DNA of 64,000 bases from Acidobacteria bacterium UBA2161 (lineage in GTDB: Bacteria; Acidobacteriota; Vicinamibacteria; Vicinamibacterales; UBA823), in the NCBI GenBank assembly GCA_002328835.1, contig DCWN01000043.1, forward strand, positions 81,740-145,739. Reading direction: 5' to 3'. Made by a program: the position numbers and the translations under genes. Under the pieces are notes generated by a model. The model did no database searches. It saw only the letters and a program-made list of their open reading frames with translations, and was not told where the DNA came from. Below are positions 54,046 through 63,210 of the stretch, piece by piece. Every line of letters begins with the position of its first letter. Position 1 is the stretch's first letter.

Positions 54046-54924
54046 TTAGTTCAGACTCGCAACTCGCCGTCGCAGCATCTTGATGTGTTCCCAGATCTGC
54101 GCGTGTTCTTCCTGGTGCTCCGAGGGCGCATCGCGGCCACCCGGCCGACCCGTGATGTGTAGGTAGGCCTCGAGGTCGCGAAGCGCTCCCGAGAAGTCGC
54201 GCATGTGGTACGCCAGCAGGCCGCGGTCCCGAAGGTCCGCGACGCCCGCGGGGTTCACCGCGAGCAGCAGTTCGGTGACCCCGCGCGCCTGAGGAAACGA
54301 GCGCAGTCGCACGTACATCCGCTTCAGGTTGCCGAGGACCCGCACCAACATCTGCCGCGGGCTCGCGGCATCGAGCAACCGAAGATCGAATTCTGCGTCG
54401 TCGCCCAGATGCTGGCGCAGGAGTTCGCGGCAATCACTCTCGTTCAGGCGCCGGCCGCCGTCAAACGGGTCGATGATCAGCGGGATCCGGCTCCGGCCCT
54501 TCGGATCGGCGGTGCTCCTCACCAGGAAACGTCCCGGAAAGCCGACGCCCGCCGCGTCCACGCCGGCGCGCCGCGCGACCTCGAGGAAGACCAGGGCGAG
54601 CGTCACCGGGATTCCGGTCCGCCGCTCGAGTACATGGTGGAGACAGCTGTTCCGCGGGTCCTCGTAGTCGTCCCGGTTGCCCGTGAAGCCCTGATCCTGA
54701 AACAGGTAGCCGGCGAGCTGCTCGAACTGGTCCGCGGTCTCGGTGACGCCGTCGAGGCGCTGCCGGGCTTCCTCGCCCAGGCGGTCGAGGCGCGAGAGAT
54801 ACGCCTCGGGGTCCAGTCGCGGGTATTCGAGGCGGCCGATGAGCAGCGCGGCGCGCGCCAGATTCGGCGGCTCGCTACTGGCGGCGCCGGTGAAGTCGCG
54901 CGCCAGTTGATGGATGTCGACCAT
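54046..54924 (-). CDS. SirB1-family protein (transglutaminase-like N-domain + TPR-like C-domain)
   Basis: Has YEDPRNSCLHHVLERRTGIPVTLALVFLEVARR, the family core. Confidence 0.7.
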   Translation of the reverse strand: MVDIHQLARDFTGAASSEPPNLARAALLIGRLEYPRLDPEAYLSRLDRLGEEARQRLDGVTETADQFEQLAGYLFQDQGFTGNRDDYEDPRNSCLHHVLERRTGIPVTLALVFLEVARRAGVDAAGVGFPGRFLVRSTADPKGRSRIPLIIDPFDGGRRLNESDCRELLRQHLGDDAEFDLRLLDAASPRQMLVRVLGNLKRMYVRLRSFPQARGVTELLLAVNPAGVADLRDRGLLAYHMRDFSGALRDLEAYLHITGRPGGRDAPSEHQEEHAQIWEHIKMLRRRVASLN

Positions 54925-54941
54925 GCGGAAACCGATGTGCG

Positions 54942-55577
54942 TCAGCCCTGTGGTAGCCGCTCACCGGCGCGAACCGCCCAGTCGAGCTGGTTCTCGGGCG
55001 GCGGGAACGGGCAGTCGAAGCGCTCGTCGAAGTAGCAGAACGGATGATACGCCAAGTTGAAGTCGAGGTCGTAGATGCCTGTCGGCGTGACGCTCAAATC
55101 GAGATACCGCCCGGCCGGGTAGGTCTCCTCGCCGTTGGTCGGATCGCCAAACGGCACGAAGAGACTGTCGTTGTTGGGGGCGCCGACTTCGACGAAGGCC
55201 GACAGCGTCATCGGTTCGCCTTGCAGGTGAAATCCCAGGATGCCCACGCGCCGCATTGCCCGCCGCTTGCCGGTCGAGGTGGGAATCTCGAACACGGCCT
55301 GCTCGTCGTCGAGACGGAGGGACGCGGGGACGCGGTAGCCGACGTCGGGCACGTAGTAGCTGAGCGGCAGCAGCAACTCGCGCCGGGAGACCGGCACCGG
55401 CGAGTCAGCGCTGTTCTCGAACGCCTGGTCCTTTGCCGTCCGCGCGGCAAGCATCATGTCGACGTACGACAGGTCGTCTGGCGGCGGAGCGCTGCACGCG
55501 CCAACGGCCAGCAGTGCGATCGCGCTGTACCGCGCTGCCGCCGACCATCCCGGTGCCGTCTTCATGACCTGCGTCAT
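54942..55577 (-). CDS. DUF1684-domain protein, secreted/lipoprotein-like
   Basis: C-terminal NLAYHPFCYFDERFDCPFPPPEN is characteristic of DUF1684. The 4-nt overlap makes it the last gene of the beta-oxidation operon. Confidence 0.7.
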   Translation of the reverse strand: MTQVMKTAPGWSAAARYSAIALLAVGACSAPPPDDLSYVDMMLAARTAKDQAFENSADSPVPVSRRELLLPLSYYVPDVGYRVPASLRLDDEQAVFEIPTSTGKRRAMRRVGILGFHLQGEPMTLSAFVEVGAPNNDSLFVPFGDPTNGEETYPAGRYLDLSVTPTGIYDLDFNLAYHPFCYFDERFDCPFPPPENQLDWAVRAGERLPQG

Positions 55578-57349
55578 CCCTCGAACATATATCCTGCTCT
55601 GGACACGGCGGCTTCCGCAAGTCGGCGGCGCGCGGCGACCGTGTTGGCGGGCGTTCCGCGCAACAGCCGCCGCAGCGCCCCGAGTTGCGTCCGCAGCGCG
55701 TCACCGCTGGACATCGCCGCCAGCGCTTCCCGTGCCGCCGCCTCCGACCGCGTCGCCGCCGCCTGGACCGCCACCTGTGCCGCATCGGCGTGCAGGCTCG
55801 CCCTGGACGTGTCCGCCGCTGCCGAGGCCCGCAGCGTCACGCTCTCCGCGGAGAAGGCGTCCATGACGATGTCGGCCGTGAATGAGAGCACCTCCTGCTG
55901 GTCGCGCAGCGAGTCGCCGAAGGTTTGCATCGCGACGCCGAGAACGAGGAGGACGACCTTCTTGAGCGAAGCGCTGACGCGCTTCGCGCCCGCAAGCGGA
56001 TCGTCGCTCGGCGCGTCGACCGGTGCCGGTTGGAGGATCTCCTCCTGGAGCTGCTTGGCGGCCGGAATGAGTGCCAGGCGTCCGGCCAGCGCCCGCCGCG
56101 CCAGCATCCCCGGAATCAGCAGCCGGTTGATCTCGTTGGTGCCCTCGAAGATCCGGTTCACGCGCGCGTCGCGGTAGTGGCGCTCGGCGGGATAGTCCTC
56201 GACGAACCCGTTCCCGCCATGCACCTGAATGTTCTCGTCGAGCAGGTAGTCGAGCATCTCGCTGCCGGCCACCTTGAGAATGGAGGCCTCGATGGCGAAC
56301 TCCTCGAACGCCGCCAGCTTCGCCTCTCCCGAGGGTCCGGCCTGCTCGCCGATCCGCGCCTCGATAGCGCCGGCGACACGATAGAGCATGCTCTCCACGG
56401 CGTAGGCCCGGGCCGACATCTCGCCCAGCTTGTGCTTGATGGCGCCGAACTCCGCGATCGCCTGTCCGAACTGCTTCCGTTCTGCCGCGTAGCGAGCCGA
56501 TTCGGCCAGCGCTGTCTTCGCCCCGCCGCTCGTCGACGCGCAGAGCTTGAAGCGACCGTAGTTGAGGACGTTGAACGCGACCTTGTGACCTAATCCGATC
56601 TCACCGAGCAGGTTGTCGGCGGGCACCTGCGCGTCCTGGAGGATGACCGGCGTCGTGGACGACCCCCGGAGACCGAGCTTGTGCTCTTCCTGGCCGGTAC
56701 TGACACCCGGCGCGGTGCGTTCGACGATGAATGCCGAAAACTGCTCGCCGTCCACCTTGGCGAACACGATGAAGAGGTCGGCGAAACCGCCGTTCGTGAT
56801 CCACATCTTCTCGCCGTTCAACACGAAGCTGCCGTCGGCCTGACGGGTTGCGCGGGTCTTGGCGCTCAGCGCATCCGAGCCGGAGCTCGACTCGCTGAGT
56901 GCGTACGCCCCGACCGTCTCCCCGCTGACGAGTCCCGGAAGGTAGCGAGCGCACTGCGGATCACTGCCGAAGAACAGCAATGGAATGATGGCGAGGTTGC
57001 ACTGGGCGCCGAAGGTGGCGCCGAATGATGCCGAGGCCGCCAGGCTCTCGGCCACGATCACGGCGGCCACCGTGTCCAGTTCGACGCCGCCGTAGGTCTC
57101 GGGCGCGTCGACGCCGAGCAGGCCCAGCTCACCGCACCGGTGGAGGAGTTGCCGGACGCACGCCCAGTCCTTCTGCTCCATCCGCTCCAATGCCGGCAGC
57201 ACCTCGTTCGCGACGAACTCGCGCGTCGTCTGCGCCATGAGCCGGTGTTCGTCGCTGCAGCGCTCGGGGGTGAAGACCCTGCCGGTGGGCGTCTCGCCCA
57301 GGAGCCAGCCGCCGCCCTGTTTCTCCGTGTGTGCCATGGTCGTCGTCAT
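55574..57349 (-). CDS. long-form acyl-CoA dehydrogenase (about 590 aa)
   Basis: ACAD N, middle and C domains (WITNGGFADLF, YRDARVNRIFEGTNEI) plus a C-terminal extension. Confidence 0.88.
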   Translation of the reverse strand: MTTTMAHTEKQGGGWLLGETPTGRVFTPERCSDEHRLMAQTTREFVANEVLPALERMEQKDWACVRQLLHRCGELGLLGVDAPETYGGVELDTVAAVIVAESLAASASFGATFGAQCNLAIIPLLFFGSDPQCARYLPGLVSGETVGAYALSESSSGSDALSAKTRATRQADGSFVLNGEKMWITNGGFADLFIVFAKVDGEQFSAFIVERTAPGVSTGQEEHKLGLRGSSTTPVILQDAQVPADNLLGEIGLGHKVAFNVLNYGRFKLCASTSGGAKTALAESARYAAERKQFGQAIAEFGAIKHKLGEMSARAYAVESMLYRVAGAIEARIGEQAGPSGEAKLAAFEEFAIEASILKVAGSEMLDYLLDENIQVHGGNGFVEDYPAERHYRDARVNRIFEGTNEINRLLIPGMLARRALAGRLALIPAAKQLQEEILQPAPVDAPSDDPLAGAKRVSASLKKVVLLVLGVAMQTFGDSLRDQQEVLSFTADIVMDAFSAESVTLRASAAADTSRASLHADAAQVAVQAAATRSEAAAREALAAMSSGDALRTQLGALRRLLRGTPANTVAARRRLAEAAVSRAGYMFEG

Positions 57350-57380
57350 GTCCGCTGCCTCTCTCGGTCGTGCCCGTCCG

Positions 57381-58580
57381 TTACATCCCCTCGCGGGGCT
57401 CGACGCGTTCGAAGATGCCGGCGGCGCCCATGCCGCCGCCGACGCACATCGTCACCAGGCCGTACCCGGCGCGGCGCCGGCGCATCTCGTGGAGCAGGCT
57501 GGTGGTGAGCTTGGCGCCGGTGCATCCGAGTGGATGCCCCAGCGCGATCGCGCCCCCGTTGACGTTCAGCCGCTCCGGGTCGATCGGGAGTTCGCGCAGG
57601 CAGGCGAGGACCTGCGCCGCGAACGCTTCGTTCAGTTCGACCAGGTCGATCTGGTCGAGCGTGAGCCCGGTCATGTCCAGCACTTTCCGCACGGCCGGCA
57701 CCGGGCCGATGCCGAACCGCTCGGGCTCGACGCCCGCGGTCACGAACCCGAGGAACCGGGCCAGTGGCACCGCGCCGATCTGCCGCGCCCGCTCGGCCGA
57801 CGTCACGACCAGTGCCGCGGCGCCGTCGCTGGTCTGCGACGAGTTGCCGGCGGTGACCGTCCCATCGGTATGAAACGCCGGCCGCAGCTGACCGAGCGCC
57901 TCGAGCGACGTGTCGCGGCGCGGGCCTTCGTCGACCGCGAACGTGTGCTCGGTCACCTCCGGCCTCGGGCCACCGTTCGTCGCGGCCAGCCTTACCGTCA
58001 CCGGCACCGTTTCGTCCGCGAAGCGATTCGCGTCGATCGCGTCGATCGCGCGCTCGTGGCTTCGCAGCGCAAACGCGTCCTGGTCCGCTCGCGTGATCGC
58101 GGCCTCGCGCGCGTGATTCTCCGCGACCAGTCCGGTCGTCAGATAGACGTCGGGGTACGACTCGACCAGTGCCGGATTCGGCGCCACGCGATGCCCGCCC
58201 ATCGGCACGAGGCTCATCGACTCGGCGCCGCCCGCCACGATCGTCGTCGCGAACCCACACATGATCCGCTCGGCGGCCTGCGCGATCGCCTGGAGCCCCG
58301 ACGAGCAGAACCGGTTGACCGTGATCGCCGAGGCCTGGATCGGGAGGCCCGCGCGCAGTGAGGCGATTCGCGCCACGTTGAGGCCCTGCTCGGCCTCGGG
58401 CATCGCGCAGCCGAGAATGACGTCTTCGATGTCGTCACCCGTGACACCGTCGACGCGGCGCACGGCCTCGGCGATGACCGTCGCGGCCAGCTCGTCGGGC
58501 CGTGTGGTCCGTAGCCCACCCCGCGGCGCCTTGCCGACCGGCGTACGGACGGCGGAGACGATGACGGCCTCGTGCATCAC
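57381..58580 (-). CDS. acetyl-CoA C-acyltransferase (3-ketoacyl-CoA thiolase)
   Basis: Motifs seen: NRFCSSGLQA (nucleophile Cys), GHPLGCTGA, CVGGGMG. Confidence 0.92.
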   Translation of the reverse strand: MMHEAVIVSAVRTPVGKAPRGGLRTTRPDELAATVIAEAVRRVDGVTGDDIEDVILGCAMPEAEQGLNVARIASLRAGLPIQASAITVNRFCSSGLQAIAQAAERIMCGFATTIVAGGAESMSLVPMGGHRVAPNPALVESYPDVYLTTGLVAENHAREAAITRADQDAFALRSHERAIDAIDANRFADETVPVTVRLAATNGGPRPEVTEHTFAVDEGPRRDTSLEALGQLRPAFHTDGTVTAGNSSQTSDGAAALVVTSAERARQIGAVPLARFLGFVTAGVEPERFGIGPVPAVRKVLDMTGLTLDQIDLVELNEAFAAQVLACLRELPIDPERLNVNGGAIALGHPLGCTGAKLTTSLLHEMRRRRAGYGLVTMCVGGGMGAAGIFERVEPREGM

Positions 58581-59215
58581 GGCGCTCCCTTCCAGTCGCC
58601 CAGTAAATCCTCGATGGCGTCACCGACTTCCAGGGTCTTGCCGTCGAACAGATGATCGGCACCGTCGATGACGACCAGTTCCTTCGGTTCGTTGAGTTCG
58701 CCGTAGAGCCGCCACATGTCCTTCAGTGCGCACAGCTCGTCGCGTTCGCCCTGGATGAAGAACTTCGGTTTCGAACTGCAGCGCAACTCGGCGAACGACT
58801 GGTGCGCCACCGGCGGTGCGATGCCGAACACCAGGGCCACCCGATCGCTGGTGGCACCGACGGTGAGCGCGACCCAGGCGCCGAACGAGAACCCGGCGGC
58901 CCAGAGCTCGACCGTGGGGTAGCGTCCGGCCATCAGCTCGAGCGCGGCCCGAAAGTCGTCGCGTTCGCCGTCGCCGCCGTCGTGGATGCCGTCCGAGACG
59001 CCCACGCCCCGGAAGTTGAAGCGCAGCACGGCGCAGCCGATCCGCTGGAAGGCCTTGGCGGCGCGGAATACGACCTTGGTGTGCATCGTGCCGCCGTACT
59101 CCGGATGCGGGTGGGCCATGACCACGGCGGCGAGTGGCTCGCGCCCGCCGTCGGGCTCGTCGAGGAGCGCCTCTAGCCGTCCCGCCGGGCCGGCGAATTC
59201 GAAGGTTCGCGACAC
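58577..59215 (-). CDS. alpha/beta hydrolase (small, about 210 aa)
   Basis: GFSFGA nucleophile elbow. Four-nt overlap with the thiolase start. Confidence 0.75.
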   Translation of the reverse strand: MSRTFEFAGPAGRLEALLDEPDGGREPLAAVVMAHPHPEYGGTMHTKVVFRAAKAFQRIGCAVLRFNFRGVGVSDGIHDGGDGERDDFRAALELMAGRYPTVELWAAGFSFGAWVALTVGATSDRVALVFGIAPPVAHQSFAELRCSSKPKFFIQGERDELCALKDMWRLYGELNEPKELVVIDGADHLFDGKTLEVGDAIEDLLGDWKGAP

Positions 59216-59237
59216 CTGTCAGGCCTCCTGTCTCACG

Positions 59238-60008
59238 TTAGCTGGCATGCCGTTCGACGAAGCCCGCTACGATTGCCGCGAACCGTTCGGGGCGCGTGGC
59301 GAAGCCGATATGTCCGGTGCGATCGAGTACCGCGGTGCCCGCCCCGGCGATTGCCTCGGCAAACTCCAGCGTGGCGGTGACCGGGACGACTTGATCGAGG
59401 CTCCCCTCGCCGGTGACCACCAGTGTCGGCACCGCGATGTCGGCGCAGTCGACCCGGAAGTCGATCCTCCCCATGAGGCTGACTCTCGCGGCCATCCGGA
59501 CCGGCGAAAACGGCGCCCGGGCGACCCTGAGCGTGTGCTCGATCGCGAACGCCAGGCGCTCCCGAGGCGTGTCGAACGCCGACCGGACCTCGGGCCAGAG
59601 CCGGCCCGGCGACCCGGCGACGAAGACGGGGGCCATCAGGCGCGGCATGCGCAGGTAGCGTTCGGTTCGCGGGTCCGGTCGCCACGACGGCGAAGGCGTC
59701 GAGACGAGCGTCAGCGAACGGACCCGGTCGGCCCGGCGAGCGGCGTAGCGCAGCGCGATCAGGCCGCCGAACGACACGCCGCAGAGATGCGCGGCGTCGA
59801 GACCGGCCTCGGTGAGCACGCCGTCGAGTTGATCGATGAGGCTGTCGAACCCGCCGGTGTCCGCGGCGCCGAGCGAGTAGGTGACGACGCGGCACCGCGT
59901 CGCCAGGGCGTCGACCGACGGCGCCATCCACTCCCAGCGGCCCTGCATGCCGGGGACGAGCACCAGTGGCGAGCCGTGGCCGGCGTCGACGATCGTTGGG
60001 GGCATCAC
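59238..60008 (-). CDS. alpha/beta hydrolase
   Basis: Motifs seen: LVLVPG, GVSFGG elbow, TGH near the C-terminus. Confidence 0.8.
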   Translation of the reverse strand: MMPPTIVDAGHGSPLVLVPGMQGRWEWMAPSVDALATRCRVVTYSLGAADTGGFDSLIDQLDGVLTEAGLDAAHLCGVSFGGLIALRYAARRADRVRSLTLVSTPSPSWRPDPRTERYLRMPRLMAPVFVAGSPGRLWPEVRSAFDTPRERLAFAIEHTLRVARAPFSPVRMAARVSLMGRIDFRVDCADIAVPTLVVTGEGSLDQVVPVTATLEFAEAIAGAGTAVLDRTGHIGFATRPERFAAIVAGFVERHAS

Positions 60009-60024
60009 CAGTCTCGATTCGGTG

Positions 60025-62340
60025 TCAGTTCCGCAGGGTCTTGCCGGTCTTCAAGGTGTGCCGGATCCGATCCAGCGTCTTGGCCTCGCCGCACAGGCTC
60101 AGGAACGCCTCGCGCTCCAGGTCCAGCAGGTAGTCCTCGGAGACCTCGGTCGGATGCGGCAGTGGGCCACCCGACACGATTCCGGCCAGGGCGCGCCCGA
60201 TTCGTGCGTCGTGGGCGCTGATCTGGCCGGCGCGGTGCGCCAGATGGACGCCCAGTTTCAGCGCGGCCCCGACACCCTCGCTGCCCACCTTGACTCGCCT
60301 CGGGGCGGCCGGCTGATAGCCCGCGCGGACCATGTCGAGCCCGCGCCGCTTGGCGTCGGCCAGCAGGCGTTCCCGATTCATCGTGATGCCGTCGCGCTCG
60401 GCGAGGTAGCCGAGGCGGACCGCGTCTGGCGCGCTGGTCGACACCGCCGCGAGGCCGATCGTCTCGAACACCTGGCGTGAGGCCACGGTCGGGTCGGCGG
60501 CATCCTCGAGCGTGGTCGCCGCCGACGCGCGGGCCACCATCTCCTTGGTGCCGCCGCCCGCCGGAATCAACCCGACCCCGGTCTCCACCAGTCCGACGTA
60601 GCACTCCGCCGCGGCCTGCACGGTGTCGGCGTGCAGCACGACCTCGCAGCCCCCACCGAGCGTCAGACCGGCCGGCGCCGCCACCACCGGAACCGGTGCG
60701 CGCTGCAAGCCGATCGTCGCGGCCTGGAACGAACGGACCATCAGGTCGACCTCGTCCCAGTTGCCCTCTTCGGCCTCCATCAGCAGCAGGAGCAAGTTCG
60801 CGCCGGCCGAGAAGTCCCGTCCGTCGTTGCCGACGACTAGCGCCTCGAACCTGGCCGCGGCCTCGGCGGCGGCGAGCCGGGTCATGTCGATCGTGTCGCT
60901 GCCGATGACGTTGAGCTTCGAGTGGAACTCCAGCGCCAGGACGCCGTCGCCGATATCGACCAGGCTCGCCCCGGAGTTCGATTTCACGACCTGGGTCCTG
61001 TCCCTGGCCGAGGAGAGGATGAGCAGCTCCGGGTCGGCCGGTGGCAGGTTTCCGCTCCGGAAGGTGGCCGCTGTCGTATCACCCCGTGACAGGAGTTCGG
61101 CGACGAGGGGCGGGGGGGCGGTCTCGCCGCACGCGTCCATGACCCGCGCCGGGCCGATCGCGTCCAGCATCTCGAACGGACCCAGCTCCCAGCCATAGCC
61201 CCAGCGCATGGCGCGGTCGACGTCGTCGATCGACTCGGCGATGTCCGGCGCGACGCGCGCGGCGTACACGAGCGTGGCGCCCAGGGTCCGGCGAAGGAAC
61301 TCGCCGACGCGGTCGTCGCCGAGAAACAGCGTCCGGATCCGCGTTCGTAGATCGGCGATGCCTTGCGACGCGTCCAGCGCGGCGAGCGTCGGCGCCCGTC
61401 GAGCCCGATACTCGCGGGTGCCCGGATCGAGCGTCAGAATCTCGGACCGGCCGGCGGCACGCGTCTTCTGGTAGAATCCGCGTCCGGTCTTCTCGCCCAG
61501 CGCCCCGCTGTCCACGAGCGCGTCGACCAGCGAGGGCAGCTCGAAGGCGCGCCGTTCGGCCTCATCGTCCGCGAACTGCTGACGTAGGTTACGGGCGACC
61601 TCCGCGAGTACGTCGATACCCGACAGGTCGATCGTCCGGAAGGTTGCGCTCTTGGGCCGGCCAATGGCCGGACCGGTCATCGCGTCGATCTCCTCGATCG
61701 TGTAGCCGTCGGCCAATGCGTCGAGCGCCCGCGCGGCGCCGAACAACCCGATCCGGTTCGCGATGAAGTTCGGCGTATCCCGCGCGATGACGACGCCCTT
61801 GCCGAGACGGACTTCGGCAAACCGGCGGACGAGCGCGACGACCTGCCCATCGGTGTGGGCGGTCGGGACGAGCTCCATCAACGGCAGGTACCGGGGTGGG
61901 TTGAAGAAGTGAGTGCCCAGCCAGTGCGCCCGGAATTCCTCGGAGCGCCCCTGGGCGATGGCGTCGATTGACAGGCCGGAGGTGTTCGAGCTGACGATCG
62001 TCCCCGAGCGGCGGTGCGCCTCGATCCGTTCCAGCAGCGCCCGCTTGGCATCGAGGCGCTCGACGATGGCTTCGATGATCCAGTCAACCCCGGCGAGCTG
62101 GTCGGCCTCGGTGTCGAAGCCGCCGACGGCGATCCGCTGCGCGGACGTCTCGGAAAAGTGCGGCGCCGGACGCAGCCGCGCGATCCGCTCGAGCCCAGCG
62201 CACGCTGTGTCGCGGTCGAGGTCGAGTAGCAGGGTCGGCAGCCCGGCGTTGGCCATGTGTGCGGCGAGTTGCGCGCCCATCGTGCCGGCGCCGAGAACGG
62301 CCACCGACTGGATCGATCGAGTCGTCCTCCCAGCCGTCAT
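60025..62340 (-). CDS. bifunctional 3-hydroxyacyl-CoA dehydrogenase / enoyl-CoA hydratase (FadN-type domain order)
   Basis: The true start is the ATG at 62340 (MTAGRTTRSIQSVAVLGAGTMGAQLA). The N-terminal part of the 994-aa track ORF is a shadow over the TetR gene. C-terminal crotonase domain (GLTLGGGCEV). Confidence 0.88.
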   Translation of the reverse strand: MTAGRTTRSIQSVAVLGAGTMGAQLAAHMANAGLPTLLLDLDRDTACAGLERIARLRPAPHFSETSAQRIAVGGFDTEADQLAGVDWIIEAIVERLDAKRALLERIEAHRRSGTIVSSNTSGLSIDAIAQGRSEEFRAHWLGTHFFNPPRYLPLMELVPTAHTDGQVVALVRRFAEVRLGKGVVIARDTPNFIANRIGLFGAARALDALADGYTIEEIDAMTGPAIGRPKSATFRTIDLSGIDVLAEVARNLRQQFADDEAERRAFELPSLVDALVDSGALGEKTGRGFYQKTRAAGRSEILTLDPGTREYRARRAPTLAALDASQGIADLRTRIRTLFLGDDRVGEFLRRTLGATLVYAARVAPDIAESIDDVDRAMRWGYGWELGPFEMLDAIGPARVMDACGETAPPPLVAELLSRGDTTAATFRSGNLPPADPELLILSSARDRTQVVKSNSGASLVDIGDGVLALEFHSKLNVIGSDTIDMTRLAAAEAAARFEALVVGNDGRDFSAGANLLLLLMEAEEGNWDEVDLMVRSFQAATIGLQRAPVPVVAAPAGLTLGGGCEVVLHADTVQAAAECYVGLVETGVGLIPAGGGTKEMVARASAATTLEDAADPTVASRQVFETIGLAAVSTSAPDAVRLGYLAERDGITMNRERLLADAKRRGLDMVRAGYQPAAPRRVKVGSEGVGAALKLGVHLAHRAGQISAHDARIGRALAGIVSGGPLPHPTEVSEDYLLDLEREAFLSLCGEAKTLDRIRHTLKTGKTLRN

Positions 62341-63005
62341 CCGCGTTCCCCGCTGGTGCCGTCGGACGAAGCCATGCCTCGGACGAAGATGTCGACGACC
62401 GTGTCGGCCGAGTCCTCGAGACGCTTGGGGCGCTGGCTGAGGATCCAGTCGGTGGCCATTTCGTCGAGCGCGCCGAACAGGATCTTCGAGGCGACGGTCG
62501 GGTTCACGTCGGCTCGCATCGCTCCCGTGGACTGGCCGCGGGCGATCGCGTCGCGGATGACGCCGAGGTACTCCCGCAGCTGAGCCGCGGAGAACCGTTC
62601 CATGAACTTCGTCGATTGCCGCAGCTCGACCTGGAAGACGACAGCCAGATCGCGGTTCCGCCCCAGGCGCCCGAGGTGTAGGTGCGCCAGTCGACGGAGT
62701 TGTTCGATCGGATCGTCGACCGCCTCCGCGCCCGCGCGGGCCTCGGCGACCGCTACACGCATCGTGCGCTCGAACAGCGATGCCAGAACGTCGTCCTTGC
62801 TGCTGAAGTAGAGGTAGACCGTGCCCGCGGCAACGCCGGCCGCTCGGGCGACGTCGGCGACCTGCGCCTGGAAGAATCCGCGCTGGGCGAAGACGCGGGT
62901 CGCGGCGTCGAGAATCGCCTCGCGCTTGTCGCGCCCGCCCGGCGCACGGGCAGGGGACGAAGGATGAGAAGTCGTAGAGAGGGTCATTCCTGAATGAACG
63001 TTCAT
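62337..63005 (-). CDS. TetR/AcrR-family transcriptional regulator (FadR-like)
   Basis: HTH REAILDAATRVFAQRGFFQAQVADVARAAGVAAGTVYLYF. ATGA overlap with the downstream dehydrogenase/hydratase. Alternative start at 62987. Confidence 0.88.
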   Translation of the reverse strand: MNVHSGMTLSTTSHPSSPARAPGGRDKREAILDAATRVFAQRGFFQAQVADVARAAGVAAGTVYLYFSSKDDVLASLFERTMRVAVAEARAGAEAVDDPIEQLRRLAHLHLGRLGRNRDLAVVFQVELRQSTKFMERFSAAQLREYLGVIRDAIARGQSTGAMRADVNPTVASKILFGALDEMATDWILSQRPKRLEDSADTVVDIFVRGMASSDGTSGERG

Positions 63006-63008
63006 TCA
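62991..63008. promoter_or_regulatory. perfect 18-bp palindromic operator overlapping the promoter/start of the TetR gene
   Basis: TGAATGAACGTTCATTCA lies directly downstream of a minus-strand TATAAT (63013..63008). Confidence 0.65.
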
Positions 63009-63210
63009 TTATATAGGCCCATGGGGCACGGTATGACAGGGCACGACTGTCAGCGGGTTCACTACAGGCCCGGACCGGGGCGGCCGATAGATCGCAACGA
63101 CGAGCAGCGCCGATATCTCCGCGTGTGGCCGCCGTAAACTTCTGAAAATACGGTGTTTACCGTGTTGACGAGATTCGCTCGCGGGCGCTGCTGAAGTGAG
63201 GACCTAGGCG

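Noticed and set aside
62341-63009. The N-terminal 223 codons of the 994-aa ORF 60025..63009, which would make one giant protein.
   Set aside because: That segment is an out-of-frame shadow over the TetR gene. The dehydrogenase/hydratase starts at the ATG at 62340, directly before its Rossmann motif, and overlaps the TetR stop (ATGA).
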